Assembly: GCA_041665485.1 (NCBI GenBank)
Contig: JBAYIT010000002.1
Span: 197,867 to 261,866, forward strand
DNA length: 64,000 bases
Direction: 5' to 3'
From: Candidatus Shapirobacteria bacterium
GTDB lineage: Bacteria > Patescibacteriota > Microgenomatia > UBA12405
Position numbers and translations under genes: made by a program. Each line of letters begins with the position of its first letter. Position 1 is the stretch's first letter. This document shows positions 28,743 to 38,139 of the stretch, one piece after another. Below the pieces are notes generated by a model. The model was given only the letters and a program-made list of their open reading frames with translations. It made no database searches and was not told the origin of the DNA.

Positions 28743-30582
28743 AACACGTAAAATTATCAGTTTTATTCTTCTTCTTACTGTTTATTTATTTACCAAACTA
28801 GGAAAATATATTTTTCCCAAACTAAGGCTTAATCAACGATTAATCTCCATTTTAGACATCCACAGCTCCAATTCCATTTCCGGTATCGAGATTATTGATC
28901 TTGCTCTACGAAACATGAAATCAAAGAAAACAAGAACTTTAATAACTATCGGTGGAATGACTCTAGGCATTGGCGCTATTGTTTTTCTTGTTTCTATTGG
29001 TTATGGTTTCGAAAAACTTGTCATCACCAGAGTTGCCAGGCTCGAAGAAATGCGTCAGGCAGACATCACCACCCAACTCGGAGGCAAAGTGAAAATTGAC
29101 GACAAAACCCTTTCCGATCTCAAAGGAATTCAAACCGTCGAGTCCGTTTTTCCTTTAATTGCTGTTGTCGGTCGTGTCAGTTACCAGAAATCGGTCACCG
29201 ACACTGCCGTCTACGGTGTCACTAGTGAGTATCTCAATCAATCAGCCATCAAACCCGTTAGTGGTCAAATTTTTAATAGTAACGATCTCTCTCTTGATGT
29301 TTATCAGCCAATTGGAAAAGTTGCCGGAATTACCAGCGAAACAGAAGTTGGAACCATCGGTGAAAAAATTCAAGATGTTGACTTCACTATTAATCCGGAA
29401 AGTTGGATTAAAGTTCGGGCCAATCCAAACACAAATTCTCAAATTTTAGGTTACACCAAAAGAGTTGAAGGCCAATCAAGCGGGCAGGAAGTATGGGGAG
29501 GGGAATACCAAATCGATAACAACCAAAAGCTTGAAAAATGGATTAAAGCCCCCGTTCTTCTCTGGAAGAAAGAGGGAGCTCAATATTTAGTTATCAACGG
29601 CCAAGACAACAGCCAAATTCAAGAAACTGGCTATTTTGCCGAAATCAATTTACAAATCTCTGGCGCCAGTCTAAAAGAACCTGATGTTTTAGGGGTTGTC
29701 AGTAACCAAAGCAATCTCGATTGGGTAGAGATAGCTTCAGAATCAGCCACTCTGTCTCCTCCGGCCACAAAAATTGTCGATCTCTCTTCTCAAGCCAAAC
29801 GGCAAGCCGTTGTCAACCGGGCCATGCTCTCTGTCTTGGGAATTAAAGAAAGCGAGGCCCTTACTAAAAGGTTTAACGCCTCCTTTATTGTTGTCAGCGA
29901 TCTCCTTAACGACCCCACCACCAACATCGAGTCAAGTCAGGCAGAATATTCCATTGTTGGTGTCACTCCCGACGAAAAAACACCTGTCTTTTATGTTCCG
30001 TTCATTGACCTTAGAACCCTCGGTATCACCAACTTTTCTCAAGTTAAAGTCGTCGTTAAAAATCAAAACGAACTTTCCAAAACCAGGCGCCAAATCGAAT
30101 CAATGGGCTACATCACCCGTTCTGTTGCTGACACTGTTGCCCAAATCAATTCACTGTTCGCCACCGCCCGAACTATTCTCATGGTTTTAGGTATGGTTGC
30201 CCTGGGAGTTGCTGCCTTGGGAATGTTCAACACCCTAACTATTTCTCTTTTAGAAAGAACCCGTGAAGTTGGATTAATGAAAGCAATGGGCATGAAATCT
30301 TCTGAAGTTCAGGAGTTGTTTTTAGCAGAGTCAGTAATTATGGGTTTTCTCGGAGGTGTTTTTGGTATTCTTCTCGGCTGGATTTTAGGAAAATTTATTG
30401 GTCTTTCTCTCTCTTTCTTTTCTTTTTTTAAGGGAGTTGGAGTTATCGATGTTGCCCACATTCCCACTCCTTTTATTATCACTATTGTTTTCCTTTCTCT
30501 CTTAGTTGGTCTATTAACCGGCATTTATCCCGCCAAAAGATCAACCAGAATTTCCGCCCTCAACGCCCTAAGATACGAATAA
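28705..30582 (+). CDS. MacB/FtsX-family ABC permease (paralog of 6090..8117)
   Basis: Same architecture and long stretches of identity with the 6090..8117 product. Confidence 0.75.
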   Translation: MSVNINKSNMIDRTRKIISFILLLTVYLFTKLGKYIFPKLRLNQRLISILDIHSSNSISGIEIIDLALRNMKSKKTRTLITIGGMTLGIGAIVFLVSIGYGFEKLVITRVARLEEMRQADITTQLGGKVKIDDKTLSDLKGIQTVESVFPLIAVVGRVSYQKSVTDTAVYGVTSEYLNQSAIKPVSGQIFNSNDLSLDVYQPIGKVAGITSETEVGTIGEKIQDVDFTINPESWIKVRANPNTNSQILGYTKRVEGQSSGQEVWGGEYQIDNNQKLEKWIKAPVLLWKKEGAQYLVINGQDNSQIQETGYFAEINLQISGASLKEPDVLGVVSNQSNLDWVEIASESATLSPPATKIVDLSSQAKRQAVVNRAMLSVLGIKESEALTKRFNASFIVVSDLLNDPTTNIESSQAEYSIVGVTPDEKTPVFYVPFIDLRTLGITNFSQVKVVVKNQNELSKTRRQIESMGYITRSVADTVAQINSLFATARTILMVLGMVALGVAALGMFNTLTISLLERTREVGLMKAMGMKSSEVQELFLAESVIMGFLGGVFGILLGWILGKFIGLSLSFFSFFKGVGVIDVAHIPTPFIITIVFLSLLVGLLTGIYPAKRSTRISALNALRYE

Positions 30583-30825
30583 AAAACAAGAGCTGGTAAC
30601 CGTAATTGGCTCGGACCTATTTGATCTTGATGACGATATCAAACAATATCTACTCGACCCCGAATTGCCACTTATTTTTAAAACAAAAATCGGTCTTCGC
30701 TATTACATTACAGCTGACCTTATTTTACAACTTCAAGTTCTAAAAGACCATCTAAATATCGAAAGTTTCGAAAAAATTTCTTTATACTATCCAAAGTCGT
30801 ATAATCGTATTAAGAAGATAACAAT

Positions 30826-31557
30826 ATGAAAACAAAATTATTACTAGGATTATTGATAGTGGTCGTTATAGGAGGAATCATCTTGTGGAATTCAGGAAAA
30901 AAGACTCAATCTTTAACTACAAATTCTGAGCCTACCCCTCTTCAGGAAGAAAACTCCCAACAAAAAGACATTGACGCGATAAGATCCTTCATGAGTGAGC
31001 CCAATCTTGAATTATCTTTCATCAACATCGGTTTACCGACACAATATTTTAGAGTCGGGAAAATCACAAAAGTAGGGAACGGTGAAAATATGGATGCAGT
31101 TGACACTTGGACCCGCAACATTAACGTCTATGACCAGAAAGAATTAATTAATAAAGAATGTTCTGTTTATGAATTTAATACTGATGCCAGAAATCACAAT
31201 TTAACTGCCGTAATTATCCGTGGTTTGCGACAAAATGAAATTGAAAACCTTAAAAATTCAGGAAAAACGTGCGATTTCAATTCTAAAAATGTTCAAAAAT
31301 TAACCAAAACACAGGCAGAAACTATTGCCATGGGTTATCTAAAACGAGCATTACCAAATTTCGATCAAATTAAAGATCAATTCGTCTATTCCTCCCAAAA
31401 CAACGGCGAATCACACGAATGGCTTTGGCAGGATAAAAACTACAAATTACCAGAAGGTTTAAGTAGCCGACCATACCCAGGCCCAATTATCCGGATATCT
31501 TTTTATGGTGATAATCAGATTCAATATTGGAACACCACGTCACTTTTTGCAAATTAA
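30826..31557 (+). CDS. Hypothetical protein with N-terminal TM/signal anchor
   Basis: ORF with N-terminal hydrophobic segment; no motif recognised. Confidence 0.4.
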   Translation: MKTKLLLGLLIVVVIGGIILWNSGKKTQSLTTNSEPTPLQEENSQQKDIDAIRSFMSEPNLELSFINIGLPTQYFRVGKITKVGNGENMDAVDTWTRNINVYDQKELINKECSVYEFNTDARNHNLTAVIIRGLRQNEIENLKNSGKTCDFNSKNVQKLTKTQAETIAMGYLKRALPNFDQIKDQFVYSSQNNGESHEWLWQDKNYKLPEGLSSRPYPGPIIRISFYGDNQIQYWNTTSLFAN

Positions 31558-31571
31558 ATGCAAAAAACTAA

Positions 31572-33818
31572 TTATGAGTCGAACGTAATTGTCTCTTTAG
31601 CTTTATTGAAAATTTCAACTCTATTATCTATATCAACTCTGCTTACTAGCCAGCCGCGCAGCTCACATTGACGAGTAAAGTCATTAATTCTATTAACTCC
31701 GTTAATTTCTTTTAGCGTCACTACTAGACCAAATTTCGTACCTACTCCAAGCCGCTTAATTAGCCTTTCTTTTGTTTTGATACTTATTCCCCACAAACCA
31801 TGTTCGTAAACTTTACGCGCACCAATTTTGTCTGTGTACAATTCACTTATATGTTTCGTATTGTCCCATTTTCGATAGAATTGCCTTGCATTACCCTCAT
31901 ATATATAATGTCTCTCACCGTCGTCGGCACTTTGTACGTTTTTATTTATAGATTTAATCCCATCTTTCACCACTCTTCCTACATATATATCTAATTCGGT
32001 GTTCGTATAATCAACACCCTGATTGACTGAACAACTAGGGAAATAGCACAGAGTGGCCTTTGCAACAAAGGGGTGTTTTTCATTATGTATAGGGACAGGT
32101 AAATTGTAAGTATACGTATCCCACTTTTCTGAAATACCACTAATGACAAACTTTATTTCGCTATCACTTGACTTGACAATATCATCAATTTTCTTTGGCA
32201 CTACACCATGTCCTACCAGTGGCGCTAGTTTAAGATCGTTTCCCACACCATTCCATCCAGCTGCAGCATCTACAATTAACGCTTTCGCAACCTCACGACT
32301 AAGACCCAGCACTTCTATTAGGTATGCAACTTTTCGAGCCACCCATGGTGCAGCAAATGAAGTACCACAATGAAGTTCTCTGCCAGTTGGAGTATAAACA
32401 CAAACATAATCATTTGTGTCACCGCCAAAACTACTAACATCTGGTTTGTTAAAAAATGATAAAACCAAGCCTTTTCTAGTATAAGATGCAGGAGTTCCAG
32501 CACTATTGACCGAATTTACTACTATAGCGTTAATTGAATCGGCTGGTGAACCTATCATCTTCTCAACTTTAGGATCATCATAGCGCTTATTAGTTCCAGC
32601 AATCACAAAAATAACGTCATTTTCATACTGAATCTGATCCAATATTGCCGCTTCTGGTGATATAAAATTAGGATTAATTTCCCTATCAGATCCCAACGAT
32701 AAATTCCACACCTTTATATCAGTATTAGCCACAACAATCTCCTTTATTGCCTTCATTATAGAAAAAGAACTATACTGGCCTTGAGCAGCTACACCAAAAT
32801 GTCTCACTCTAAATCTTCCGCAACCATCATCTAATTCAGGGTTAATGGTCGGTCCATCAACAATAATTGAACTTACAGAGGTTCCATGGACATAGTCATC
32901 AGAAACTGTTGGTATTTCATCGTTAATCATTTTTCTAAAATCAACCCATTCAGAAAAATAGACTCGCTCGTCAAATAGCGTATCAATAACACCAATAATA
33001 GGTTCACCATTTGGAGGATCAATTGTAATTGTTGGATCGTTCACTGTACTACCAACAATATCATCATGACTTAGTTTAGATAAATCCTCAGTTGCCATAG
33101 CTATTAGATATGGCGCCTTTTCAGACAACAAAGTAATTTGATCTGGGTATAGGAGTAGAGTAGTTTCACTTATTATTTTATCTGGCTGTACATTAATACC
33201 AATTTTTTTCATTAAGCCAACCAAATCTACACTAGTTTTATATATAGTAATTATTGACTGGTTGGTAGTGTTTGCACTATTGTCAGGTATAGTAAAATCT
33301 TCTACGTAGTGAGAGTCGACAATCAGATTGCAAAAAGTAGTTTTAGCAATCCTATAATGCGAATATTTTATATCTTTTTTTTGTAGATTCTCAATCAAGT
33401 CATGAGTAATTGATCCAGCAAACTCTTCATTCAAGAGCTTTATGCAACTTTGTATATTTTCAATTGTATGATTGATAACTTCTTTGCCAACATAATGAGT
33501 AATAATATGTTTTATCTTCTTATCATTAGCAAATCTCGCACCAACAACTGTATTATTTATAGAGTCACCGCCTCCCGAAAGGAAACCTTTTATTCTATTA
33601 CTCTTAGCTATAACATCGGTATAACAGACATCAATAAGACAACCCCCGATAATATTTTGACCTACCCAATAATTATACAAATTCTTAAACTCGTCCAACA
33701 ACGACTGAAGTTTTTTGGAGGTAATAGGCGTGGCATTCTTGGGTATGTTTCTATAACCTGGTTTGTTATCACTTGATCGCTGTTGGAATGTTCCTTTCAA
33801 TTGAAGAATGTTATTCAT
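31572..33818 (-). CDS. Subtilisin-like (S8) serine peptidase with roughly 270-aa N-terminal domain of unknown function; IetS-like
   Basis: Catalytic triad contexts GVIDTLFDE (Asp), HGTSVSSII (His), GTSFAAPWVA (Ser); directly downstream of the AAA ATPase gene. Confidence 0.7.
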   Translation of the reverse strand: MNNILQLKGTFQQRSSDNKPGYRNIPKNATPITSKKLQSLLDEFKNLYNYWVGQNIIGGCLIDVCYTDVIAKSNRIKGFLSGGGDSINNTVVGARFANDKKIKHIITHYVGKEVINHTIENIQSCIKLLNEEFAGSITHDLIENLQKKDIKYSHYRIAKTTFCNLIVDSHYVEDFTIPDNSANTTNQSIITIYKTSVDLVGLMKKIGINVQPDKIISETTLLLYPDQITLLSEKAPYLIAMATEDLSKLSHDDIVGSTVNDPTITIDPPNGEPIIGVIDTLFDERVYFSEWVDFRKMINDEIPTVSDDYVHGTSVSSIIVDGPTINPELDDGCGRFRVRHFGVAAQGQYSSFSIMKAIKEIVVANTDIKVWNLSLGSDREINPNFISPEAAILDQIQYENDVIFVIAGTNKRYDDPKVEKMIGSPADSINAIVVNSVNSAGTPASYTRKGLVLSFFNKPDVSSFGGDTNDYVCVYTPTGRELHCGTSFAAPWVARKVAYLIEVLGLSREVAKALIVDAAAGWNGVGNDLKLAPLVGHGVVPKKIDDIVKSSDSEIKFVISGISEKWDTYTYNLPVPIHNEKHPFVAKATLCYFPSCSVNQGVDYTNTELDIYVGRVVKDGIKSINKNVQSADDGERHYIYEGNARQFYRKWDNTKHISELYTDKIGARKVYEHGLWGISIKTKERLIKRLGVGTKFGLVVTLKEINGVNRINDFTRQCELRGWLVSRVDIDNRVEIFNKAKETITFDS

Positions 33819-33821
33819 ATA

Positions 33822-34862
33822 TTAAGTGTTTAACTCTCTTGATACTTGACTCTTGGAGACACCCGTCAATATTTCTATTTCTCTGACGGTAAAGCCACCA
33901 TTTTGTAATGTTTTTAAGTCTAGATTTCTTCTTTTCGAGTTGATAGATTCGTACAATTTTTTTAGATAGTCATATTCATTAGTCGGATCACTGAATGCAA
34001 TGGAAGTCTTAATTATGTTTTTTAAATCACCTGGATAAGGAATATCGTTCATGGTTGAGATTATCTTCTTGAATAGCCTCATATTACGTCCAACAAACTT
34101 AAATCTCACCAACAGATCATTCAATATAGAATCGGCAACTTCAAGCAATTCTTCTCTACTGTATCTATTGAAGTTAATAATCGAGTCAAATCTCCTAAGT
34201 AGTGCCTTATCAAACTGCCCAAATAAATTGGTCGTGGCTATAAGCACGACACTGTCAGTTAAACCATCTAGACCTTTTAGAACCGAAGATGTTACTCGTC
34301 CCATTTCTCGCAAATCATTAGAATTTACTCTATCTAGAGCTATTGCATCTATCTCATCAAATAAAATAATTACCTTTTCTGGTTGCGGTAGACTTCGCAA
34401 CTCCATAAAAACAGAAGCAATATTTTTCGACGTTTGTCCCAATTTACTGTCAATGATACTATCAAAATCTATTACATATAATTCACGTTCAAGAATACGA
34501 GCAATTTGTTTTGCAGTCTCCGTTTTACCCGTCCCAGGGTCACCTTCAAACAAGAATTTGTTCACTCCTGCATTGTGATTAATCGAATTAATAACACCAA
34601 CAATGTCATTTTTTATTAAAATCGGAAGAGGAAAAGAGTTTCCATTGGTTAAGTTTACCTTTGTAAAAAATGAGGAATTATATTCATTATTCTGTGGAAC
34701 AAAGGTATTTGTACCAGATAATAAAGCCATAATATATTGAGCCAACTCCGAGTCACCAAGAGAGTCAAGGTATCTAGCTATATCATAAGCTTCGTTCCTA
34801 AAACCAGCCTCGTTTTTCTCGGCATGATATTTTATTAAATTCAAAATATTTTTTTTACGCAT
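33822..34862 (-). CDS. AAA+ ATPase with C-terminal HTH-like tail; IetA-like
   Basis: Walker A GDPGTGKTETAKQIA, Walker B ILFDEIDAIA, arginine finger region; 3-bp gap to the S8 peptidase gene. Confidence 0.7.
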   Translation of the reverse strand: MRKKNILNLIKYHAEKNEAGFRNEAYDIARYLDSLGDSELAQYIMALLSGTNTFVPQNNEYNSSFFTKVNLTNGNSFPLPILIKNDIVGVINSINHNAGVNKFLFEGDPGTGKTETAKQIARILERELYVIDFDSIIDSKLGQTSKNIASVFMELRSLPQPEKVIILFDEIDAIALDRVNSNDLREMGRVTSSVLKGLDGLTDSVVLIATTNLFGQFDKALLRRFDSIINFNRYSREELLEVADSILNDLLVRFKFVGRNMRLFKKIISTMNDIPYPGDLKNIIKTSIAFSDPTNEYDYLKKLYESINSKRRNLDLKTLQNGGFTVREIEILTGVSKSQVSRELNT

Positions 34863-35084
34863 CTGTAAATTAATTTAACCATATTAACAACAATGGGACA
34901 AGTACTCAATAAAGTGGGACATATTATTGAAATTAAAAACTGGATTATCAGATATAGGTCCGACTCCGGTTACCGGTATGAATTTTTCCAGGCTAAAGAC
35001 AAAACGCTAAAAATAGTGGCTAGAACTCGGGATAATGTTGATTTCTTGAGGAAAATAGGAGAAAACACAAAACCATTTCGCTAT

Positions 35085-35159
<75 letters not shown>

Positions 35160-35245
35160 AAAACCAGTTAACAGTTTTCAGTTCACCGTTTACCGTAAAA
35201 TTTCTTTTTACTGTTAACTGTTAACGGTAAACTATAAACGGTAAT

Positions 35246-35318
35246 GTGCCGAAGGTTGGACTCGAACCAACATCCCAGGTTTTTCAGACCAGTGCCGTGA
35301 CCATCTTGGCTACTTCGG
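35246..35318 (-). tRNA. tRNA-Phe (anticodon GAA), copy 1
   Basis: Acceptor gccgaag/cttcggc, anticodon loop ctGAAaa with a U-U mismatch in the anticodon stem, T-arm ggttcgagtcc. Confidence 0.65.
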
Positions 35319-35391
35319 CTAGAAGTGACTTTATTATATCAATTCAATCTTTAATTCGTAATTCTAAGTTGAAGATTGAAGATTGATCTAG

Positions 35392-35473
35392 TGCCGCTAG
35401 TGGGACTTGAACCCACACGCCTTTCGGCATACGCTTCTGAGACGTACGTGTATACCAATTTCACCACAGCGGC
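35392..35473 (-). tRNA. tRNA-Leu (anticodon CAG), long variable arm
   Basis: Acceptor gccgctg, anticodon stem tacgt/gcgta with loop ctCAGaa, T-arm gggttcaagtccc. Confidence 0.7.
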
Positions 35474-35527
35474 TTACCCCCTATTTTACCCCAAACTCAC
35501 CTCAACTCCTATTTATGCATTTTCAAG

Positions 35528-36238
35528 TCAAGCATTTTCAAACGCTTCCAAGTTAGCTAAAAACCAAGGACTATTTACATCCCCTGATTTTGAGCACATT
35601 TCAATCGGGCCAAGATAATTAAACATTCTTCCAATTCTAATCATCTTTTTACCAAAAACAATGTCATATTTTGTATCCAGCTTTTTTCGAACAGTCAAAT
35701 AGCACTCCTCTAGTTCGTCCTGCCAGCCCAAAGGGTAATATTTTTTCTGCCAGTTTGGATTCGTACAATGCAAATCACCCAAAAATCGGCCAATATCATG
35801 TTCCGCAAACCCTCCTCTCATATTTTCCCAATCAATTATTTTAACCACCCGGCCGTCTGTAACCACATTTTGAGGTAGGAAATCATCATGAATCAACTGA
35901 TAATTACTCTCAATGATTTCGAGTGATCTTTTAAGTTCATTCATCTGCTTTTCTGGTAAGTTCAAATTCAAATCAAGCGAATTAGCATAATACTTTTTAT
36001 CAAACTTAATAAAATCACATTTTATTTCTTTAACGAAATGGTGAAATTTGGCTATAGCCTCAACCGCCATTAGATAATATTTCTTTTCTTTACCAATTAA
36101 ATCTCCTCCCTCAAACCAGGGAAAATAGCCAATATTATTTTCTATTTTTTCCGGAAACAAGACAAAATCAAACCTCGAATCTCCCTTTAATAGTTCATAA
36201 AATCGAATTTCACTGGAATTAAGAGCCTTTTGCTTCAT
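35528..36238 (-). CDS. Aminoglycoside/small-molecule phosphotransferase (APH)-family kinase-like protein
   Basis: HDDFLPQNVV (catalytic-loop HxDxxxxN) and IIDWEN (DxE-type) motifs. Confidence 0.55.
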   Translation of the reverse strand: MKQKALNSSEIRFYELLKGDSRFDFVLFPEKIENNIGYFPWFEGGDLIGKEKKYYLMAVEAIAKFHHFVKEIKCDFIKFDKKYYANSLDLNLNLPEKQMNELKRSLEIIESNYQLIHDDFLPQNVVTDGRVVKIIDWENMRGGFAEHDIGRFLGDLHCTNPNWQKKYYPLGWQDELEECYLTVRKKLDTKYDIVFGKKMIRIGRMFNYLGPIEMCSKSGDVNSPWFLANLEAFENA

Positions 36239-36483
36239 TATTTTTCGACCAATCTTTTATAAACAAAAGCTTTACCAGATCCCGACTTAAGGTAAAGTTC
36301 AAATTCTTCAGCTTTTTGCTTATCTTTAAAGCCACAAAACCAAACTAACTTCCAAGGAACGTGACCTTTTGTAAATTTCGACTGGCCGTTATTATGCTCC
36401 TCAACTCTTTTTTTTACATCTCTCGTATACCCATAGTATAAAAGTCCAGATTTCAAACTCCTAAGTATATAAACGTAATACAT
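36238..36483 (-). CDS. GIY-YIG nuclease-domain small protein
   Basis: MYYVYILRSLKSGLLYYGYT...RVEEHN GIY-YIG motifs; ATG at 36483 (track ORF extends to a TTG at 36495). Confidence 0.7.
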   Translation of the reverse strand: MYYVYILRSLKSGLLYYGYTRDVKKRVEEHNNGQSKFTKGHVPWKLVWFCGFKDKQKAEEFELYLKSGSGKAFVYKRLVEK

Positions 36484-36492
36484 TTTCTTTCG

Positions 36493-36635
36493 CAATCGTC
36501 CGAAGCTTTAAATAGAGCAATCGTCCGAAGCTTTAAATAGAGCAATCGTCCGAAGCTTTAAATAGAGCAATCGTCCGAAGCTTTAAATAGAGCAATCGTC
36601 CGAAGCTTTAAATAGAGCAATCGTCCGAAGCTTTA
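36493..36635. repeat. Perfect tandem array of a 25-bp unit (caatcgtccgaagctttaaatagag), about 5.7 copies
   Basis: Five identical head-to-tail copies plus a partial sixth, starting 10 bp upstream of the GIY-YIG start codon. Confidence 0.9.
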
Positions 36636-36647
36636 GCGTAGGACGAG

Positions 36648-36718
36648 AGCGGGTAGGGGGAATCGGACCCCCGCCGAGAGATTGGAAATCTTTCGTTCTA
36701 CCACTAAACTATACCCGC
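36648..36718 (-). tRNA. tRNA-Gly (anticodon TCC)
   Basis: Acceptor gcgggta/tacccgc, anticodon loop ttTCCaa (one A-C mismatch in stem), T-arm ggggg tccgatt ccccc. Confidence 0.6.
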
Positions 36719-36763
36719 ACTACTGCTTATTTTATCAGAACTTCTGCTTTATAATACACCTAG

Positions 36764-36849
36764 GCCGCTGTGGCGAAACTGGTATACGCGCAAGACTTAA
36801 AATCTTGTGGTCTCAAAAACCGTGTGGGTCCGATTCCCGCCAGCGGCAC
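36764..36849 (+). tRNA. tRNA-Leu (anticodon TAA), long variable arm
   Basis: Acceptor gccgctg/cagcggc, anticodon stem caaga/tcttg with loop ctTAAaa. Confidence 0.7.
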
Positions 36850-36916
36850 ACCGTCTGTTACTGCAAACACACTTAGCGGGTTTACCCGCCGTAGTCCCGC
36901 AGTAGCGGGACGTAGG

Positions 36917-36990
36917 CGGGGATTGGCGCAATTGGCTAGCGCGCACGGTTTGGGACCGTGAGGTTGCTGGTTCGAATCCAGTATCCCCGA
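36917..36990 (+). tRNA. tRNA-Pro (anticodon TGG)
   Basis: Acceptor cggggat/atccccg, anticodon stem cacgg/ccgtg with loop ttTGGga, T-arm gctgg ttcgaat ccagt. Confidence 0.7.
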
Positions 36991-37023
36991 CTTCGACCGC
37001 CGTAGTTTTTAAAACGAAGGCGG

Positions 37024-38139
37024 TTGTATTTTATGCGCCCCACCCACTTCAAAACCATCACCGGCCAGAGTATCCCCTTGCCTGTCTTTTTTCCCGATGC
37101 CACTCGGGCCGTTCTCAAGGCTCTTGACAGCGCCGATATTGTCGGCACCAAAACTCCCGGTATCTTAGTCAACACTTTTCATCTTTTCTCTCAACCTGGG
37201 CTTTCGGTAATTAAGCAGTTCAAAGGTGTCAGGCCCTTCATGGACTGGGGTGGGGGAGTCATCTCCGATTCCGGCGGCTTTCAAGTCATGTCTTTAGCCA
37301 AGGCCGACGGCAATAAAAACGCCGTCACCGACAAGGGTGTCACTTTCAAAACCCAAAATCTTGGCAAAGTTTTTTTTACTCCGGAAATGTCGATCAATAT
37401 GCAATTTGCCATTAAGTCCGACATGATCGTCGCTTTAGACGACTTCACCCCACCCAACGCCAGTCCCGCCGAAAGTCGAGAAACAGTTGAGCGAACTATT
37501 CTCTGGGCCAAAGTTTGCAAAAAGATATTTACTAAAACTTGTCAGGAACGAAAAATTGACCCCGAAAATCAACCCTATCTTCTTGGGGTTGTCCAGGGTG
37601 GTGATGATCTAAAGCTTCGAACCGAATGCACAGAGCGTCTAGTTGATATCGGTTTTGACGGTCTTGGTTATGGTGGCTGGCCTCTTAATGAAGATGGCTT
37701 TAATTACGACGTTGCCAAAACTATAGCTAAAAATTCCCCCAACAACTATCTCCTTTACGGCCTCGGAGTTGGCAAACCCGACGAAATCGCCGGTTGCGCT
37801 CGTCTGGGTTGGCAAATTTTTGATTGTGTCTTGCCCACCCGCGATGCCCGTCACCGCCGTCTATATGTTTATAATGCCGATAATATAGATCATATAGATA
37901 TTAATCAATCTAAGTTCTACTCCTATTACACCCCCGACAAAGAAATTCATTATCGCAGTCAGAAGCCGGTTAGTACTGCCTGCGACTGTCATCTTTGCAC
38001 CCACTACTCCCGAGCCTATTTAGGCCATCTTTTCCGTATCGGCGATATGACCGCCGGCCGCTTGGCCACCATTCACAATCTTCGTTTTTACTCGATTTTA
38101 ATGGACAAAATCCGTGAACAAGTTAACCCGAATTCTTAA
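37024..38139 (+). CDS. tgt: Queuine tRNA-ribosyltransferase
   Basis: Tgt motifs VQGG, DGLGYGG, zinc site CDCHLCTHYSRAYLGHL. Confidence 0.8.
   Translation: MYFMRPTHFKTITGQSIPLPVFFPDATRAVLKALDSADIVGTKTPGILVNTFHLFSQPGLSVIKQFKGVRPFMDWGGGVISDSGGFQVMSLAKADGNKNAVTDKGVTFKTQNLGKVFFTPEMSINMQFAIKSDMIVALDDFTPPNASPAESRETVERTILWAKVCKKIFTKTCQERKIDPENQPYLLGVVQGGDDLKLRTECTERLVDIGFDGLGYGGWPLNEDGFNYDVAKTIAKNSPNNYLLYGLGVGKPDEIAGCARLGWQIFDCVLPTRDARHRRLYVYNADNIDHIDINQSKFYSYYTPDKEIHYRSQKPVSTACDCHLCTHYSRAYLGHLFRIGDMTAGRLATIHNLRFYSILMDKIREQVNPNS

Noticed and set aside
30600-30825. Possible unannotated ORF or gene fragment (…VIGSDLFDLDDDIKQYLLDPELPLIFKTKIGLRYY…)
   Set aside because: Open frame without an obvious start codon or RBS. 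Could be a remnant, but I cannot support a call.
36493-36635. CRISPR array
   Set aside because: Units are directly adjacent with no spacers, and no cas genes are nearby. It is a simple tandem repeat.
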